Position numbers and translations under genes: made by a program. The notes beneath the pieces are model-generated. The model worked only from the letters and a program-made list of their open reading frames with translations. It had not been told where the DNA came from and searched no databases. A DNA stretch of 64,000 nucleotides from an uncultured virus (IMG/VR IMGVR_UViG_3300030101_004109) (taxonomy: Duplodnaviria; Heunggongvirae; Uroviricota; Caudoviricetes): IMG/VR virus record IMGVR_UViG_3300030101_004109. The stretch is one strand, 5' to 3'. Of this stretch, positions 47,893-56,799 are shown one piece after another (position 1 is the stretch's first letter; each line of letters starts with the position of its first letter).

Positions 47893-49785
47893 TTAAAAAC
47901 AAAAAGAAAGCAAAGAGTCTATAGCGTCTTCTGCTGTAGCTTCTTCCTCCGTTAAAGCGTTTAGAATATTTTGAAATGCGTCCGATTGCACAAAGTCACG
48001 ATAAAACTCAACACCTTTGCTAAGTTCGCGTAACTGGCTTTCCATATGGGTGCCTTCTACCAAACAGACTTCAGTACGGTGCCTTACCTTGCGGCCTTTT
48101 CTATCCCATCTGAATCTGATCTGGTCGAACACAGCCGACTTTAAAATAAGAGTAATGATACCCAATGTAGTTTGCTGCAGCCCGTCAACACCACGGCCCG
48201 AAGACTGCCATGTTGTTACGATGATCCCCCCGTGAGGGTTTGTAGAATACTCTTCGATAACTGCGTACTTTTCTTCGGGTGTCATAGATTCGCCCGTCAC
48301 ACAATAAACACCGGGTCGGGGGGCGCCTTTATCTGTTTTCTTCGCCAAAGCCAGATTAATCGCTTTTACCCAGGCATCAGCTTGAAACAGGCGGCCAACC
48401 ATAATGTTGCAGCGGCCGCCTGATACTGCTTCTTCTACTGCCTTTTGCACAACTACTTTTCTTGATAGTTCACAAATGTAAGCTTCTCGCAGTTCATGAG
48501 CAGGAGGCAGCGACGGGTCTTTACCGCTATGTCGAATCGCTTGGTTGTACGTATACTTTTCATTGTAACGCAAACCAGATTGCTGGTCTTCCTTACGGAT
48601 TACAAGCAACCCATAAGAAATGGGGGGCAAATCTGCCAGGGCTTCTTCATACGTTACGCGGTGCATGAAATGTAATGTGCGCCACTTTAGCTCAGGAATG
48701 TTTGTAGCCTTAGAAAAGACTAACCCCCATTCACCTTGCTTGCCTCCGCAGTAACGGCCTTTGTATTGGTATGAACCTAAACCGAAAGACGCAGGAAGCA
48801 CAAGGTTAGCTACAGCCCAAAATGATTCGGGCACTCCTTTAGCAAAGGGCGTTGCGGTCAAACCCAGGCAAAGCTTTACAGACTCAAGCTCGCTAAGCTC
48901 CTGGGCCGATACACCACGCTTTTTACGCCCTGTCTTTTCTGACCGCAGCTTTTTAAAGTTGTAGCTGCCTTTCTTATCGATTGTAGCTTTTACTTTCTTT
49001 TCGGTGGCGATCACATCAACTTCATCAAAGATGATGCAGGTAGGTTTGACAGACTTAATGATGTCAGCCCAGTAGGAAAGGTATTCGTGCCCCACTACAA
49101 TACGAATGGGCCTTTTGTTTACTTTACAGTCTCTAATGTAGTTAACCAGATGATCTGGCCCTACGCCCTTTGACTTGGGCATACACATGAAAGCCGGTTC
49201 ACCCGTAGCTTCTTCCACGATACAAGCTACTTTTGATTCCTTCGCCCAGCCGGGCCTAACACCAGATGGCACTACATAGACTGTTGGACCCGGCACCAGT
49301 TCAGCCGCTACAATAGCTGCGAGCGTTTTGCCGCTTCCGCCGATCCAGTTCAAAAGCAAGCGTGTCCAGCCGCTTGTGACCAATCCGGCTAACTCTGCTT
49401 GGTAGGAAGCAAAGTCTTTTGCCCAGTTATCTTTAACCGTAGGACAAACAGCAATAGCCTCCCTGCCTTTTGCCTCGAAAACATACTTGCTTTCTTTTGT
49501 CTGGGGCAAATCGCCAGGGTGGTTGAAGTCATTTACACTTACCGAATAATCAATCTTTTGCTTACTCAGCCAGCGTTCTACATACTTCAAGCTATTGAAG
49601 GGGGCGCAGATCGTAGCCCCGTCGGGAACTATTGTGCCTTTTTTCCACGTCGATTGCCCTTTGATATAATCATATCCTGCCCCATAGACAAAGGCCCCTG
49701 GTACAGCCTGCATGATCGGGGCGACCCTCGTGGGAGGAGCCTGCACGTTGAAAAGGGCGTGAGGAAACCTGACGGGCAAAAACAT
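47893..49785 (-). CDS. SNF2-like superfamily 2 helicase
   Basis: GSGKT, IIFDEVD, LTATP, GRGVDGLQ, Q...RWDR.G. Confidence 0.85.
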   Translation of the reverse strand: MFLPVRFPHALFNVQAPPTRVAPIMQAVPGAFVYGAGYDYIKGQSTWKKGTIVPDGATICAPFNSLKYVERWLSKQKIDYSVSVNDFNHPGDLPQTKESKYVFEAKGREAIAVCPTVKDNWAKDFASYQAELAGLVTSGWTRLLLNWIGGSGKTLAAIVAAELVPGPTVYVVPSGVRPGWAKESKVACIVEEATGEPAFMCMPKSKGVGPDHLVNYIRDCKVNKRPIRIVVGHEYLSYWADIIKSVKPTCIIFDEVDVIATEKKVKATIDKKGSYNFKKLRSEKTGRKKRGVSAQELSELESVKLCLGLTATPFAKGVPESFWAVANLVLPASFGLGSYQYKGRYCGGKQGEWGLVFSKATNIPELKWRTLHFMHRVTYEEALADLPPISYGLLVIRKEDQQSGLRYNEKYTYNQAIRHSGKDPSLPPAHELREAYICELSRKVVVQKAVEEAVSGGRCNIMVGRLFQADAWVKAINLALAKKTDKGAPRPGVYCVTGESMTPEEKYAVIEEYSTNPHGGIIVTTWQSSGRGVDGLQQTTLGIITLILKSAVFDQIRFRWDRKGRKVRHRTEVCLVEGTHMESQLRELSKGVEFYRDFVQSDAFQNILNALTEEEATAEDAIDSLLSFCF

Positions 49786-49857
49786 GGATCGTGGGCTCCC
49801 GATGACCGTGGACGGCGGGTAGGTAGCGGGTTAGGAAGCCCGATGCAAGGAGTTTCC

Positions 49858-52026
49858 ATGGACTTTTTCACACGAGTCAATAAGCTTGACTCAAAACAAG
49901 AGGCGGTTACCTTTTATGATGAGTTGGTTGGCAATCCTAATTTAGCTGTTGAGTATGCCGCGAGAAACCCTGGCAAGTTTCGTCAGGCCATGATTTATTG
50001 GACTAACCTTGCAGGGTACGGCTACAAGAAAAAGTTCCAAGAGTTAGAAAAGTTAGTTGAATCTTTATCAGAACCCCTTGCAGAACATTTGTTACTGAAG
50101 GTACCTACTGTTAGCGTTCTCGAATGTCTGTCTAATCTTCCTTCTGAAAGACTTGTGCCCAAGTCTACTTTGACTAAGTTGAAAGTGCCTCGGGGTTTCA
50201 TCCTTAAAAATAGAGGCGTGTTCAAGCAAGTCCAAAGAGGCGATGAAGTTATGGAAGTGCCGGTTCTACCCGATCCGGTTCTTATCGTGGGTACTGCTCG
50301 ACAGAACAAAGAAAATGTTCGCTATTTGTATTTGGTGTTCCGTGACGTGTCAATGCGTTGGGTAAAGATTTTGATTACCCTTGAAGACATAGGAAGCCAC
50401 CACAGATTGTTAGCCCTTGCCAAGTACGGACTTGGAATCCATAACGACAATAAGCAAAAGGTAATGAAGTACCTTACTGAGTTCTGGAACATGAACCGGT
50501 ATGATCTTCCTTCTTTTGAAGTTACAGGTAGTATGGGCTGGACCGATGACGGTCGTTTTGTTTGGCCCGATGAAGTCATGGCTATAGCCGAACATGAATC
50601 TAAGATTCTATTTGAGCCTAAGCCTGGGTTCGAGCGACAAGTAAAAGCGTTTAAAAAGAAAGGCTCCTGGCCCGACACGATGCGTATTTTGGAAGTTGCG
50701 CGTAAATACGAAATACCAATGTTTGCTCTGTACCACGCTCTTGCGGGGCCTATGCTGCACCTTCTACGGCCTTACGATGTTAAGCCCTCTATGCTGGACA
50801 TCGGCGCTCAGACAGGTACCGGTAAGTCGGTGACCGCCAAACTTTATTCATGGGTTTATGGTAAACCAGGGTTTGGGCCAAGCGATGCTGGCACTACTTG
50901 GAATAAATCTATGCGAGAGTTTGAAGAGGCGGGCGGTGTATTTGGTTCTGTGTCTATGGTCATTGACGATACTAAACACCAGTTTACAAAATACGGTAAG
51001 AACAGGGGCCTCAAAAATCTCGTTAAGTGTATCTACGCTTGGCATGATGGCGGGGGCTTTGACCGGCTAATGAAAGACGGCACTAAGCGAATAGGTGCTA
51101 CATGGTGGACTAACGCCATGATTACTGGCGAGGAGTCTCTTAACCGTTTGATCCGTGAAGATGAAGGTGCCCGAGCGCGAATAGTTCCTATAGAATACCC
51201 GCCGTTCGGTAAGTTTGATCCTATCGGTACAGCAAAAGATATTAAGTGGTTGGATAAAGAGTGCTTAAAAGTTTACGGTGTTTTGGGCAGAAAATGGGTA
51301 GAGTTTCTAATGAAACTCCATGCCGACGCAGAAGAAGACGAGTGCCCAGCTGTTATAGCTAATCTATTTGAAAGTCACTTGGAACGGCTTGAGTCGATGG
51401 CTTCCTGTTCGGTTGGATCTCGTGTAGCTAAAAGTATCGCCGCAACATTGACCGCTGGTGACTTAGCATGTGACTTTCTGCAGTTGCCTCGACCTAAGAG
51501 CGACATGCAACAGTTGATTAAGACTATCATGAAAGACGCCACGTATCAGGCGAACAGAGGCGACCGCGCACTTCGCAATCTTATTACTAATCTTCTGCAC
51601 CATCCCCACAATGTCATTGGGTTGGGCGCCACCGAAAACTCTACTATCTGGGCTGCGTGGCCGCAAAAAGGCCGACCTTACCTTATCATTAGCCAAAAGC
51701 ATCTTTTATACTTCTTGGCCGAAGAGGGCGTATCTTTCCGACAAACTATTACAGCCTGGATGAAGAATGGCTATTTCTTGTTTGATGGAGAAGCAAACTA
51801 CGACGACAAAAACTTTGACGACTGGGTTAAGCACACAAAAACCACCGAGCGTAGAGTGCTACCCGGTGGCGCCCGTCGTATGGTTAGCGGGTTTAGAATC
51901 AACGCTAAGTATTTCAGAGACTTAATTGCTGACGACGAAATGCTTAATGCACCAGAAGAAGATACAACCTATCGGGCAGCTCCCGCACCGCAGGAAGTTA
52001 TCGACGCCCCAAAGGTTAAGTGGTAA
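49858..52026 (+). CDS. DUF927-domain replicative helicase (Cch-like)
   Basis: AAGGAG RBS at MDFF; MGWTDDGRFV DUF927 motif, GTGKS, VIDD, ITGE, GARARI; no primase domain seen. Confidence 0.85.
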   Translation: MDFFTRVNKLDSKQEAVTFYDELVGNPNLAVEYAARNPGKFRQAMIYWTNLAGYGYKKKFQELEKLVESLSEPLAEHLLLKVPTVSVLECLSNLPSERLVPKSTLTKLKVPRGFILKNRGVFKQVQRGDEVMEVPVLPDPVLIVGTARQNKENVRYLYLVFRDVSMRWVKILITLEDIGSHHRLLALAKYGLGIHNDNKQKVMKYLTEFWNMNRYDLPSFEVTGSMGWTDDGRFVWPDEVMAIAEHESKILFEPKPGFERQVKAFKKKGSWPDTMRILEVARKYEIPMFALYHALAGPMLHLLRPYDVKPSMLDIGAQTGTGKSVTAKLYSWVYGKPGFGPSDAGTTWNKSMREFEEAGGVFGSVSMVIDDTKHQFTKYGKNRGLKNLVKCIYAWHDGGGFDRLMKDGTKRIGATWWTNAMITGEESLNRLIREDEGARARIVPIEYPPFGKFDPIGTAKDIKWLDKECLKVYGVLGRKWVEFLMKLHADAEEDECPAVIANLFESHLERLESMASCSVGSRVAKSIAATLTAGDLACDFLQLPRPKSDMQQLIKTIMKDATYQANRGDRALRNLITNLLHHPHNVIGLGATENSTIWAAWPQKGRPYLIISQKHLLYFLAEEGVSFRQTITAWMKNGYFLFDGEANYDDKNFDDWVKHTKTTERRVLPGGARRMVSGFRINAKYFRDLIADDEMLNAPEEDTTYRAAPAPQEVIDAPKVKW

Positions 52027-52029
52027 CGT

Positions 52030-52989
52030 CTATTCAAGCAAATAAGCAAGCATCAGGGGCAACACAATAGTTGCGTCTGACTGTATCGCAAACTTAGGGG
52101 TTTTGTGGGATACCTTATCCCACGTAATCTTTTCGTTAGGAGGGGCGCCCGAGTAACCCCCATAGGAAGCTGGGGCGTCTCCGATCTGACAAAAGTAATC
52201 CCAGTGCGGGACCTTTTTATTTTCATCTTGGCGCAAAGACGGCACTACACAAATAGGCCAGTCTCCTGCTATACCTCCCCCTATCTGTAAAAAGGCGGGG
52301 CCGTACCCTGTTGCGTATACGTGGGTTTCATACCATTTAGCGAGAGTTTCAAACTGTTCTGCATCGCTAACTACTGCATTGTAGCCTTGCTCTACTTCAC
52401 CTTTTTTAACGCTCACCGTAAACATATTACCTGTTGTACTGTCGCTCCAACCAGGGACAAACACAGGCACATCATATTCGTGACAAGCCGCTACCCAAGA
52501 CTCTTTTAACCTGGGCATATCGGTGTTCGTCGCCTTCATGGCTTTCAAAGCGTTACACATATGATAATAGGGTGAGTTGCCTGGGGCCCCGTTCCAAGAC
52601 TTTAGCAGCAAGGCCCAAATGTTATTCATAACATTTTCGGGTATGCAAACATCTGTCACACGGTTCCACCCTTCAGCAGCCAAAACTTCTTCGTCTTCCC
52701 CCGATAAGTTTCTCCAATCTATTTGCTTGTAGCGGGCTCCTTCTACAGCATTAAACACATCTTCTTCTATGTTAGCGCCTGTACAACACACAGCACCGAT
52801 CAAGCCTCTTTCAATAGCAGGCACTAAAAGCTTACCCATACGAGCGGTACTCATAGCACCTGCCAATGTAATAAATATTTTGTTTCCTTTGTTAATCTGG
52901 TTCTTTAACTCTTGCAGAGCCGCACGAGTTTCACCTGCATTAAAGTGCAAAAAGTGATTATCTATCAAACTGTTTATTCGCATAAACAC
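52030..52989 (-). CDS. Deoxyhypusine-synthase-like protein (bacterial SpeY/homospermidine synthase type)
   Basis: HFLHFNA, TLAGAMST, CTGANIEED, NRVTD, QIGGGIAGD, SGAPPNEKITWDK, SDATIVLPL. Confidence 0.92.
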   Translation of the reverse strand: MFMRINSLIDNHFLHFNAGETRAALQELKNQINKGNKIFITLAGAMSTARMGKLLVPAIERGLIGAVCCTGANIEEDVFNAVEGARYKQIDWRNLSGEDEEVLAAEGWNRVTDVCIPENVMNNIWALLLKSWNGAPGNSPYYHMCNALKAMKATNTDMPRLKESWVAACHEYDVPVFVPGWSDSTTGNMFTVSVKKGEVEQGYNAVVSDAEQFETLAKWYETHVYATGYGPAFLQIGGGIAGDWPICVVPSLRQDENKKVPHWDYFCQIGDAPASYGGYSGAPPNEKITWDKVSHKTPKFAIQSDATIVLPLMLAYLLE

Positions 52990-53493
52990 CTACTTATTGG
53001 GGCCGGCTTTACCGCCTCCCTTGTACAAAAGGTAGCCTTCTTTAATGTAAACAGGCTTTAGGCTTCTAAAATCTTTACCCGCCATGTCATCTACAGATTT
53101 TACTTGTATCGTGTTTTGCATGGCGTCATCAAGCAAAGATTCAAAATCTTCAAAGCTATCTCCAGCCATTCCCTGCAGTTCAAACCCTATAGCATTATTG
53201 TAACGATCCATATTACTATCTATGTTTCTTCGCCTAAAAGCTTGCTGCCCGTATTCTTTTAGCTGGGCTAAATTTTGTGACCAGCCATCAGCATAACCAC
53301 GTCTTTCATCTGCTAAAGCCGCTAAGTAGCCTAAAGATATGTGTCGCGCGGCGTCTCCTTTGTTGCCCTCTCCTCCAGCACTACCGACACCGCCATACTT
53401 ACGGCCCATAGAATAGGCCCACTCTACTTCTTCTGGGGTTACTCCGGTAAGAGGCTCTGCTATTGCAGATGAAATATCGCTAAGTATACCCAT
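52990..53493 (-). CDS. DUF6973-like helical protein
   Basis: GDAARH...E...MDRYNNAIG motif; GAGG RBS. Confidence 0.6.
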   Translation of the reverse strand: MGILSDISSAIAEPLTGVTPEEVEWAYSMGRKYGGVGSAGGEGNKGDAARHISLGYLAALADERRGYADGWSQNLAQLKEYGQQAFRRRNIDSNMDRYNNAIGFELQGMAGDSFEDFESLLDDAMQNTIQVKSVDDMAGKDFRSLKPVYIKEGYLLYKGGGKAGPNK

Positions 53494-53504
53494 TATTACC
53501 TCGC

Positions 53505-53571
53505 AAAAAGCCCACGATACAGCAGATTTAAGGGAGTACCATATATCGAGCTAACCCGCTGTATCGTGGGC
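53505..53571 (-). terminator. Long hairpin with U-tract (terminator or processing site)
   Basis: Perfect 14-bp inverted repeat GCCCACGATACAGC followed by TTTTT on the minus strand. Confidence 0.6.
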
Positions 53572-53599
53572 GTCAAGGCCCTGTATGTACCGCTGCTTA

Positions 53600-54145
53600 T
53601 CAGTCAGCATCTTCCCGGTTGAAGTCAGCGATAACACGGGGGTGTTCTTCGTTCACCGAGTAAATAGCAGTCTTACCGCGACCTTCTTTGTTAAGGAAGC
53701 CTGCAGCTGCGTAGGAACGGAGGACATTGATTGCGTTGCCCTTACCATCGATACCAGTAGAGGTAACAATGTCCGACCAGCCCTCATCATCATGCACAAC
53801 GCTGCCAACAGCCTTAATGTACTGAAGGCGATCAAGGCGTGCCTGGGAGAACTTGTACGACGGCTCGTTACGAACCCAAGTAACCGAAGGCATGGGAAGG
53901 GGCAGGGCAGCAGGAGCCTGCAGACCAGCAGCAGCGAAAGCTTCTGCGAGGGCCGGACGAAGCTCCTTAATAGCGTCTTCGTTTGCTTCAAGGGCATCTT
54001 CCAGGGATCCGACACCTTCGATCTGACCGATGATTTCAGCCCGCTCGGTAAGAAGCTGGGTGTGCTGGCTCAGCACAGCAGTCATGCCCGTGATCGGAGC
54101 AGCGACAGAGTTGTCTTCAGTGTTCGTGACGGCATCTTCCGACAT
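53600..54145 (-). CDS. Probably highly expressed protein with C-terminal winged helix
   Basis: AGGAG RBS, biased codons, LRSYAAAGFLNKEGRGKTAIY. Confidence 0.65.
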   Translation of the reverse strand: MSEDAVTNTEDNSVAAPITGMTAVLSQHTQLLTERAEIIGQIEGVGSLEDALEANEDAIKELRPALAEAFAAAGLQAPAALPLPMPSVTWVRNEPSYKFSQARLDRLQYIKAVGSVVHDDEGWSDIVTSTGIDGKGNAINVLRSYAAAGFLNKEGRGKTAIYSVNEEHPRVIADFNREDAD

Positions 54146-54230
54146 AGTAATCTCCTAAGCCTGTAAGGAGGCTCATATAGTTTGGTTGATTGGTTTCTGC
54201 GGGATAGGTCCGCCCGTCCCACACAACTCT

Positions 54231-54264
54231 ACTATACAAGCCCCCAGAAGTTGACAAGGGTAAA
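54231..54264 (-). promoter_or_regulatory. Promoter-like element
   Basis: TTTACCCTTGTCA-N15-TATAGT. Confidence 0.5.
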
Positions 54265-54305
54265 CCCCCAAATTTAAGTAGAAAATTATTCTACTCTTTT
54301 ACCGA

Positions 54306-54557
54306 CTATTCAATCTCGTTGCTGTTGACAAGCAAAACGGGACCGACCAGAAGCCTGCCGGCTACCTGTGACCCGACTGAGTTCATAGGCATTTTCCGTA
54401 CAAAGCCTTCGTCATTTACTACAGCCATTCTGCTGTCATCAACGGGCACGATTTCAATGAATCCGCCCACATATTTTTGTAGCTCCTCCAAAGAAAAGGT
54501 ACTTTCTTCTGGTTCTACCACAGTTTGTTCACCTTCTACAGAAATAAGCATAGCCAT
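54306..54557 (-). CDS. DUF3846 family protein
   Basis: LEELQKYVGGFIEIV...NDEG...PMN...LVGPVLL. Confidence 0.85.
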   Translation of the reverse strand: MAMLISVEGEQTVVEPEESTFSLEELQKYVGGFIEIVPVDDSRMAVVNDEGFVRKMPMNSVGSQVAGRLLVGPVLLVNSNEIE

Positions 54558-55582
54558 TAGTTTGTTACCTCACAGATAAAAATGTATTCTTTGTTTTTTA
54601 CGTGGCTCACGGAACCTACTTTGTTTCCGTCTAAATTGTGAATGCCGATCTTGGCTCCTACATACCTGTCGTACTCATGGGTTGACACTTCTACTCTACC
54701 CTTTTTTTGCAGCATTTCGACCATTTCGTCTCTGCTTATGTAGCCTTCATTATTGAAAGACACTACAATGTGTTTGGCCCTAACAGACTGAATCACATTC
54801 AGCATAGCTTCATGCGCTTTTTTCTTAAAGTTAAAGTCAGACTTACACGACTTGTCTTTAACATCTATGCGCTTCTGCGCTTTGCCGTAGGGCTCAGGCG
54901 CGTCCCACCTACACAGAGTTTCCCATATATGATAGTTACCCCTATAGTTGTGTTGATTATAGGGAGGGTCCATGTAGACTACATCATACTCTTTATAGCT
55001 TTTGCTGAAAAAGTCTTCGGCTTTTCCTAACACCGCCTCACCGACAGGGCCTACAGGAAAGTCAAGTAGTCTAAGCTCTAAGTCATTGTGTGACCGCTTG
55101 CACCAATGCTTTAGATAAGCCATCTGCACACCAGTAGTATTGTCTACTCTGTCTGCAGCTTCCATCAAGGATACTAAGTAAGCATTATAGTACAGATCAT
55201 ACTTTCTTAGCTTTTCGATCTCGTCCCTAATGGCATCTACTTTCTGGCCATTCTTAGGCTGAAAGAACATAGCGTCTTCACAAAATGTGCGGGTGAAGTA
55301 ACCGCTGTAACCGGGCTTGATCCTATTCAGCCTGTTAATCGTTGCCTGCATATACTTAGTTGCTTCTAATGGGAAGAAAGATAGGTAGGCATTGGCTATG
55401 CAATAGGCATAATAGTTCATGTCATTTGAAGTTACAGTGTAACCGCAACCTCTAAGGTGCTTAGACACATGGCCCGCACCGCTGAATAGATCGACCACCG
55501 ACGCCCCAGGAGGGGCACAGTGTTTGATCGCAGCCTCTACCTGGGGCAGTAGCTTTCTCTTTGAGCCAATGTACTTAATCAT
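54557..55582 (-). CDS. N6-adenine DNA methyltransferase (D12 class, NlaIII/FokI-like), orphan
   Basis: YIGSK, DLFSGAG, YMDPPYN...NYH, SFNNEG. Confidence 0.92.
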   Translation of the reverse strand: MIKYIGSKRKLLPQVEAAIKHCAPPGASVVDLFSGAGHVSKHLRGCGYTVTSNDMNYYAYCIANAYLSFFPLEATKYMQATINRLNRIKPGYSGYFTRTFCEDAMFFQPKNGQKVDAIRDEIEKLRKYDLYYNAYLVSLMEAADRVDNTTGVQMAYLKHWCKRSHNDLELRLLDFPVGPVGEAVLGKAEDFFSKSYKEYDVVYMDPPYNQHNYRGNYHIWETLCRWDAPEPYGKAQKRIDVKDKSCKSDFNFKKKAHEAMLNVIQSVRAKHIVVSFNNEGYISRDEMVEMLQKKGRVEVSTHEYDRYVGAKIGIHNLDGNKVGSVSHVKNKEYIFICEVTN

Positions 55583-55823
55583 TCTTTGACTGGGGAAGTT
55601 TGCCTACAACTGTGATGTTGTCGGCGTAACCTCTGCAGGGCCAAAAGCGGCTTTCTGCGGTACCCAGTGAAGCCAGTTCCACTTTAACGTCATCGCCTTC
55701 TTTCAGTACATCTTTTGTGTGCAGAAAAGCGTGACCCACTTTAAAGCCTTTTGCTTGCGCCGCTTCTACAAACTTATTGTAGGCGCCTCTAACATCAGCT
55801 GGCACAGGGTCATAATCGTTCAT
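55575..55823 (-). CDS. Hypothetical protein
   Basis: Coupled overlaps on both sides. Confidence 0.55.
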   Translation of the reverse strand: MNDYDPVPADVRGAYNKFVEAAQAKGFKVGHAFLHTKDVLKEGDDVKVELASLGTAESRFWPCRGYADNITVVGKLPQSKND

Positions 55824-56296
55824 AAGTCCTTAGCTCCTTTGGCCGCCTTGGCCTTTTCAATGTTTTCAACTTTAGCCATAAGGCTATTATTAATCAAGTA
55901 AATATCACACCGTTTGTCATACTCGTTGTAGACCCAAGACGCAAACACATTACGATCTCGCCACGCCCTCTTATCCATTTTGCCTGTTGCGTACTTACTC
56001 TGCGGTAGGCTCTTACCCCAACCGACATCAAAAGTGTCCATCAACGTGCTACAGGTTAGGAAGTCTTTACCGGTAATGACTACAGCGTAAAAGATACCAT
56101 GTTTGTAGGCGTAAGCCGCTTCCACCGGAACATCCCCAATGGACTGGGCACAGATCCACTCAATACCAGATTCAGCTCCTTTGAGGCAATCTTCAGTGGG
56201 GGCAGGAAAAGTTTTGTACTCCCCCCACTTTAATCCTTTGTAACCTTCTGCGAGAGGCCCCGCCATAGCAGTTGTTAGTAAAAGCGAAAAAATCAA
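55820..56296 (-). CDS. Exported hypothetical protein
   Basis: Signal-peptide-like MIFSLLLTTAMA, then GYKGLKWG. Confidence 0.6.
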   Translation of the reverse strand: MIFSLLLTTAMAGPLAEGYKGLKWGEYKTFPAPTEDCLKGAESGIEWICAQSIGDVPVEAAYAYKHGIFYAVVITGKDFLTCSTLMDTFDVGWGKSLPQSKYATGKMDKRAWRDRNVFASWVYNEYDKRCDIYLINNSLMAKVENIEKAKAAKGAKDL

Positions 56297-56799
56297 GATG
56301 ACCTCTTTAATCTGTTAGCATACATATCAAGAAAAATATCAGCGTCTTCTTTGTTACTACCCTTAAACGTGACACCAAGGGCTTCACAACAATGCTTGAT
56401 TAGCGACCGCTGCCGACCCGAAATACCACCGAACTTTACCATGTGCGCTTCTGCCTGTTGGGCAGACAACTCAGCTAAGCTACGGCGCTTTTGAATAGCC
56501 CCAAAATACTTAGAAGAAAAACGGGCACAACCACCAAAAGCTCCAACAGCAGTCATGCTGTCAAAGTTAAAAATCTCAATCATGTTTTCTGTATCAGGCT
56601 TACCGTCACCATCTTCGTTGATTACGATAGAGCCCCGATAGCTTTCGCCAGAATCAGACAACTCAATGCAAATCCAAAAGTGCCCAACTAACTGGGTTAG
56701 AAACTGCAGCTTGCTTTCAAACGGAACCTCCGTAAAAGTAAAGTTGATAACATGCTTTAACTCTTCTCTAAGAGCGTCTTCACTGAATAAGTGCTTCAT
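56293..56799 (-). CDS. Hypothetical protein
   Basis: Coupled overlaps. Confidence 0.6.
   Translation of the reverse strand: MKHLFSEDALREELKHVINFTFTEVPFESKLQFLTQLVGHFWICIELSDSGESYRGSIVINEDGDGKPDTENMIEIFNFDSMTAVGAFGGCARFSSKYFGAIQKRRSLAELSAQQAEAHMVKFGGISGRQRSLIKHCCEALGVTFKGSNKEDADIFLDMYANRLKRSS

Noticed and set aside
49399..49857. N-terminal extension of the DUF927 ORF in the track
   Set aside because: Overlaps the opposite-strand helicase; the strong RBS points to the ATG at 49858
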